From assembly GCA_021848825.1 (NCBI GenBank), contig JAJZTQ010000013.1, forward strand, positions 672 through 64,671: 64,000 nt of DNA, read 5' to 3'. Every line of letters starts with the position of its first letter. Position 1 is the stretch's first letter. Shown here piece by piece: positions 59,576-64,000 of the stretch. The position numbers and the translations under genes were made by a program. Under the pieces are notes generated by a model that saw only the letters and a program-made list of their open reading frames with translations, did no database searches and was not told the origin of the DNA. This DNA comes from Pseudomonadota bacterium. Its GTDB lineage: Bacteria > Pseudomonadota > Gammaproteobacteria > Burkholderiales > JABEVD01.

Positions 59576-59843
59576 GCTTGAAGATTCTCGAAAAACATGA
59601 ATTATAACCCTATCCTGAGCCTTGCTCCAAAGCCTTATTGGCGAAGAAGGCATCAGCGCTGAACGCTGTTTTCCGGCAACCTTTCTTCGGATTCGAGGAA
59701 CGGGGATCATTGCCCTCGCCGCGTCATAGAGATCCCCTCTTGTTCTGGCATGGGTGATAATGTTTTATTAAGGTTGAATATTTACTATCTGGAAGTTTGT
59801 CATCCATACTATTGATCATACCCTCTTCATCTAGAGGCAATTG

Positions 59844-61541
59844 ATGGTTCCCGAGTTCAGCGAAGATTTTTATCGCTCGGTTTACGAGCACAGCATGGAC
59901 GCCGTATTGCTTGCCGGGCCGGAGGGGAAGGTTCTGGGCGCCAACCAGGCGGCCTGTCGATTGTTTCAGCGCACCGAGGAAGAAATAATCCGATTGGGCC
60001 GGGCCGGACTTGTCGATGCCGGTTCTCCGACCATCGAAGTATTCGTCGAGGAAAGGGCTCGAACAGGCAGTACGAAGGGACAGCTCGTCTATGTCCGCAG
60101 TGACGGCACGCGATTTCCGGGAGAGTTGAGTTCGGTGGTGTTCGCAAACGGTAGCGGGGAGCTCAGGGCGGTCGTCACGATAAGAGATATCAGCGAGCTC
60201 AGGAAAGCCGCGCAGTTGCAGGAAGACCTGCTTTCGAAGGTGACTCGCGAAGCCGCCGAGATCGAAGCCATTCTCGAAGCCCAGGATGACGTCATCCTGC
60301 TCTACGATCTCGAAATGAACGTGCGGCACGCAAATTCCTCTTTCAGGAAAAATTACGGCTTCGATCCTTCCGGGATCAATGTCGTCGAAATCATCGGCAG
60401 GGTTTCCTGCAGGCATCTGGACGGGCGCCCGCTCATCCTGAGCGAGCAGCCCACACCGCGGGCCCTGAGGGGGGAGAAGGTGGTGAATATCCAGTACAGG
60501 GTCATCAAGGCGGATGGAAAGGAGGCGATAGTCGAGACCTCTTCGAACCCGCTTTACGTGAATGGCGCAATCTCGGGAACGGTGACGGTCTGGCATGACA
60601 TCTCCGAACTGAAGCATAAGGAAGATGCATTGCGCAGGTCTTCCGAGGAAATCGAGGATCTCTATAACCATGCGCCCTGCGGATACCATTCTCTCGACAG
60701 GAATGGTTTTTTCCTGAGGATAAACGATACGGAATTGTCATGGCTGGGTTATGAAAGAGAAGAAGTCGTGGGGAAGATGAGCTGGAAGGACATCATTACA
60801 CCCGCCTGCTACGGCATCCTGAAAGACAATTTCCCCTTGTTCCTGAAACAGGGATATATCCGCGATCTCGAATACGAAATGCTCAGGAAGGACGGCACGA
60901 AATTCATCGGGCTCCTCAATGCGACTGCGGTTTACGATGAAGACGGAAATTATCTGCACAGCAGAGGGATGGTTCTGGACATAACAGAGAGAAAGCGGCT
61001 TGAAACCGAGCTTGAATGGCAGGCCAGAATCGACAGCCTGGCCGGGGTCAATAACAGGCGCCATTTCTACGAACTCGCCAGTCATGAAGTTTCTCGAAGC
61101 AAGCGTTTCGGAAGTCCGCTCGCCTTGCTGATGATCGACATCGACCATTTCAAGCATTTCAACGACACCTATGGACACGATGCAGGCGACATGGTCCTGA
61201 AGGAGATGGGCGGAATCTGCACCCATGCGATGAGGGAGATCGACATCATCGGGCGCGTCGGCGGAGAGGAGTTTGCAGCTGTCTTGCCCGGGCTTGATCT
61301 TCCTCTTGCCGTTGAAGCAGCCGAACGCCTGAGGCTGGTGATCTCCGGTTCGCCCGTGAAGCTGAAAGGCGGGGAAATCGTCCACTTCACGGTCTCCATC
61401 GGCGCGGCTTGCCTTCTCGACGAAAATGAATCGCTCGAGGCCTTGTTCAAGCGGGCAGACAATGCCCTTTATATGGCGAAGGGCGCGGGAAGAAATTGCG
61501 TGCGCTATCAGGATCCCGAAAGACAGTGGCTGGATGCCTGA
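59844..61541 (+). CDS. PAS-domain diguanylate cyclase (three PAS domains plus GGDEF)
   Basis: PAS/PAC ends VTIRDI, VWHDI and MVLDIT; DSLAGVNNRR, DIDHFKHFNDTYGHDAGD, I-site REID, active site GGEEF. Confidence 0.93.
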   Translation: MVPEFSEDFYRSVYEHSMDAVLLAGPEGKVLGANQAACRLFQRTEEEIIRLGRAGLVDAGSPTIEVFVEERARTGSTKGQLVYVRSDGTRFPGELSSVVFANGSGELRAVVTIRDISELRKAAQLQEDLLSKVTREAAEIEAILEAQDDVILLYDLEMNVRHANSSFRKNYGFDPSGINVVEIIGRVSCRHLDGRPLILSEQPTPRALRGEKVVNIQYRVIKADGKEAIVETSSNPLYVNGAISGTVTVWHDISELKHKEDALRRSSEEIEDLYNHAPCGYHSLDRNGFFLRINDTELSWLGYEREEVVGKMSWKDIITPACYGILKDNFPLFLKQGYIRDLEYEMLRKDGTKFIGLLNATAVYDEDGNYLHSRGMVLDITERKRLETELEWQARIDSLAGVNNRRHFYELASHEVSRSKRFGSPLALLMIDIDHFKHFNDTYGHDAGDMVLKEMGGICTHAMREIDIIGRVGGEEFAAVLPGLDLPLAVEAAERLRLVISGSPVKLKGGEIVHFTVSIGAACLLDENESLEALFKRADNALYMAKGAGRNCVRYQDPERQWLDA

Positions 61542-61561
61542 CGGGTATGCATGGGCTGACC

Positions 61562-62950
61562 CTAAAGGTTTGCCTCGAAAAATTCGAATATGCGCGGATC
61601 GTTCATCTGCGAGACATTGAACCGCATGAGACTGCCGGCGGACTGGGAAATGCTGAACACGTTGCCCGGCGCCAATATGATGCCTGCCTGCAGCGCCTTT
61701 CCCGCCATATCTGCCGCATCCGTTTCGCCCGGAAGCGTGCACCAGAGGAACATCCCTCCTTTCGGCTCCAGCCAGGGATCGATCCCGAACGATTGCAGTC
61801 TTGCGCTGACCCTTCTCATGTCCTTGCCCAATCGCCGGCGCAGCCCTTCGACATGTTTCCGGTAACTGCCGTCCCTCAGGATCGAAAAGACAAGTTCCGA
61901 AGACAGGCGATTGCCGCCAAATGAAGTGGCGATCTTGAGGTCGGTCAGCTCTTCTATCCATTCGCGCCTTGCCGCGACATATCCGCAGCGCAGCGAAGAG
62001 GAAAGCGTCTTCGAAAAGCTGCTGATCTGGATTACCCGGTTCAGCCCGTCGAAGGCGGCGAAGCGGGGCGCCGGTTCATATTCGAAGTCGGAAAAAATGT
62101 CATCCTCGATGATGGTCAGGTCGTGCTCCTCGGCGAGCTTGAGAATCCTGTGCGTGACGACCGGCGAGAGCGATGCGCCTGTCGGGTTCTGAAGTCCGGA
62201 ATTGGTGATGTATAGGCGGGGTTTTCGCTCCGCCAGGACGCGGGCAAAATGGTCGACATCGGGACCGGATGGCGTGCAAGGCACGCCGGCGACATCGGCC
62301 CGATGGGCTCGCATCAGGGCGAGGAAATTGAAATAGCAGGGATCGTCCACCAGGACCGTGGCGCCGGGCTCGATCAGGAAACGGCACAGCAGATCGATCG
62401 CCTGGGTTCCCGAATCTGTCAGCAATATCTGGTCAGGGCTTGCCTGAATCCCCCGCTCGTCGAGGCGCCGGGAGAGCAATTGACGCAAGGGAGGCAGGCC
62501 GAGCGGCGTAGCGTAATCGGCCAAAGCGGAATCATCGGCGCGCGCAAGCCTACGCAGCGTGCGGCGAAGGCTGTCCTGGGGCAGCCACGAAGCGGGCAGC
62601 CAGCCGCAGCCCGGCATCAGAACCGTATCGGACGACTCGAGAGATTGCCTCGACACCCAGAACGGATCGATCGCGCGATCGATACGGGGGCCGATTTCGC
62701 TCAGGGAAAGCGGCGCGACATGCCCCGCCACGAAGAACCCCGAACCGGGCCTGGACCTGATCGCACCTTCTGCGGCAAGCCTGTCATAGGCGTCGACGAC
62801 GGTCGATTTCGAAACCCGCATGCTTTCCGCCATTCCTCGGATGGAAGGCAGTTTCGAGCCGGGCACCAGAATCCTCGCCGCGATGCGGCTACGTATCGCC
62901 TGCATGACCTGCCCGACCAGGGTGCGGCTCGATTCATCCCGAATGTTCAC
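61562..62950 (-). CDS. MocR-family (GntR HTH plus PLP-dependent aminotransferase) transcriptional regulator
   Basis: KLPSIRGMA...VSKSTVVDAY (wHTH), PLGLPPLR, IIEDD, SFSKTL, PKGGMFLW. Confidence 0.95.
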   Translation of the reverse strand: MNIRDESSRTLVGQVMQAIRSRIAARILVPGSKLPSIRGMAESMRVSKSTVVDAYDRLAAEGAIRSRPGSGFFVAGHVAPLSLSEIGPRIDRAIDPFWVSRQSLESSDTVLMPGCGWLPASWLPQDSLRRTLRRLARADDSALADYATPLGLPPLRQLLSRRLDERGIQASPDQILLTDSGTQAIDLLCRFLIEPGATVLVDDPCYFNFLALMRAHRADVAGVPCTPSGPDVDHFARVLAERKPRLYITNSGLQNPTGASLSPVVTHRILKLAEEHDLTIIEDDIFSDFEYEPAPRFAAFDGLNRVIQISSFSKTLSSSLRCGYVAARREWIEELTDLKIATSFGGNRLSSELVFSILRDGSYRKHVEGLRRRLGKDMRRVSARLQSFGIDPWLEPKGGMFLWCTLPGETDAADMAGKALQAGIILAPGNVFSISQSAGSLMRFNVSQMNDPRIFEFFEANL

Positions 62951-63050
62951 GTACCGGTCTCCTTGCCATTACAGTTCATTAGAATTGTACCTGTCCGTAC
63001 CTGGCGATTCCATGTCCCAGGCCCGATACTCCTGGAAAAGGAGGTTTGCC

Positions 63051-63911
63051 ATGAAGAATGGAGGCAGCTGGCTGAGCGGGTTTATCGGCATGTTGATTTT
63101 CAGCGGGTCCCTGCCTGCAACGAGGATCGCGGTTGCCGGTTTCGATCCGCTGTTCCTGACCGTCGCGCGGGCGAGCATTGCAGGCATCCTCGGCATCCTT
63201 CTTCTTCTCGTGTTCCGACAGAAATTCCCGGAAAGGGGGGATTTCATTTCCCTTGCTCTGGTGTCTTGCGGGGTGGTCGTCGGGTATCCATTGCTGAGTG
63301 CGCTTGCGCTCGAGCACATCACCGCCGCCCATTCCAGCCTGTTCGCAGCGCTCCTGCCGCTTGCCACCACGATGTTCGGCTTGATGAGGGGAGAATCGCG
63401 GCCACGTCTCCCCTTCTGGGCATTTTCCATCGCAGGGAGCGCCATCGTCGGCGTCTTCGCTCTCAGCAGGGGAACAGGCGAATCGAACGCCGGAGACCTG
63501 CTGATGCTCGCGGCTGTCGCGGTCTGCGGACTGGGTTATGCCGAGGGAGCGAGGCTCACGCGAAAGCTCGGCGGATGGCAGGTGATTTCGTGGGCGTTGG
63601 CGCTTTCGTTGCCTGTGACCTTGCTCCTTGCGCTCGCGAGGATGCCAAATTCCTTCGATGGGGTCAGGCCTTCCGCATGGTGGGGGCTTTTCTATGTTTC
63701 GATATTCAGCATGCTGCTCGGATTCGTCTTCTGGTATCAGGGGCTGGCGAAGGGGGGCATTGCGGCAGTCGGGCAGCTGCAGCTCCTGCAGCCATTTTTC
63801 GCCCTTCTTCTTGCCTCCTTCCTGCTTCACGAACCCGTCAGCGCTACGATGCTTGCATCTGCAGCCGCGACCGCAATCTGCGTGGCGGGAGCCAGGCGGT
63901 ACGCTTTTTGA
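63051..63911 (+). CDS. EamA/DMT family transporter
   Basis: AGGAGG RBS before ATG 63051; about 10 TM helices, SGSLPATR, GDLLML, GIAAVGQLQLLQPFF; divergent from the MocR regulator. Confidence 0.93.
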   Translation: MKNGGSWLSGFIGMLIFSGSLPATRIAVAGFDPLFLTVARASIAGILGILLLLVFRQKFPERGDFISLALVSCGVVVGYPLLSALALEHITAAHSSLFAALLPLATTMFGLMRGESRPRLPFWAFSIAGSAIVGVFALSRGTGESNAGDLLMLAAVAVCGLGYAEGARLTRKLGGWQVISWALALSLPVTLLLALARMPNSFDGVRPSAWWGLFYVSIFSMLLGFVFWYQGLAKGGIAAVGQLQLLQPFFALLLASFLLHEPVSATMLASAAATAICVAGARRYAF

Positions 63912-64000
63912 GAAATGACGCGGCCGAATAGGGGGAATAGGCAGTTCGGCCTATCCACCATCGATTTTCTGCAACATTTCTTTAATAGAATGGACACGGT

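Noticed and set aside
59702-59737. GGGGATC...GATCCCC inverted repeat upstream of the diguanylate cyclase as a c-di-GMP riboswitch
   Set aside because: Only a 7-bp stem with a 22-nt loop. I see none of the conserved c-di-GMP-I or c-di-GMP-II motifs.
63922-63954. Alternative hairpins after the EamA gene (GGCCGAA/TTCGGCC and ATAGGC/GCCTAT)
   Set aside because: Short stems with no U-tract, near the window edge, so no function can be assigned.

Overview
This window is the replication-origin neighbourhood of a GC-rich betaproteobacterial-type chromosome. The taxonomy is inferred from dnaN abutting gyrB with no recF, the argS-SPOR-dsbA-SDR and aroK-aroB-dgt gene orders, and TGTTTCACGTGAAACA parS sites. 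It is almost entirely housekeeping. In order: gyrB (partial), dnaN, dnaA, rpmH, rnpA, yidD, yidC, mnmE, mnmG, rsmG, parA, parB, atpIBEFHAGDC, glmU, glmS, a GT4 glycosyltransferase, an orphan ParA, an SDR, two tandem DsbA paralogues, a SPOR protein, argS, priA, hemE, gltD, gltB, dgt, aroB, aroK, pilQPONM, mrcA, a nucleotidyltransferase-like hypothetical, hemB, engB, hemL, thiE, thiD, rubredoxin, gloA, rhodanese, pldA, rsmA, pdxA, surA, ychF, a PAS-GGDEF protein, a MocR regulator and an EamA transporter. gyrB, rpmH and rubredoxin are absent from the ORF track. I saw no rRNA, tRNA, CRISPR, transposase, integrase or phage genes, and no novel multi-gene protein system that I can support. The most interesting signals are non-coding. 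(1) A three-DnaA-box element upstream of priA (30824-30858) has the geometry of an E. coli DARS core as I recall it, plus IHF-like sites and a fourth box; it could be DARS-like, datA-like or oriC. (2) A multi-hairpin, terminator-ended candidate small RNA lies opposite hemB, matches the description of the anti-hemB motif and has anti-Shine-Dalgarno-like loops. (3) A Pho-box-like promoter precedes a glycolipid-synthase-like GT4 directly after glmS. (4) Two parS sites sit on the gyrB translation start and on the putative promoter of the mnmG-rsmG-parA-parB operon. All motif and homology calls were made by eye; no searches were run.
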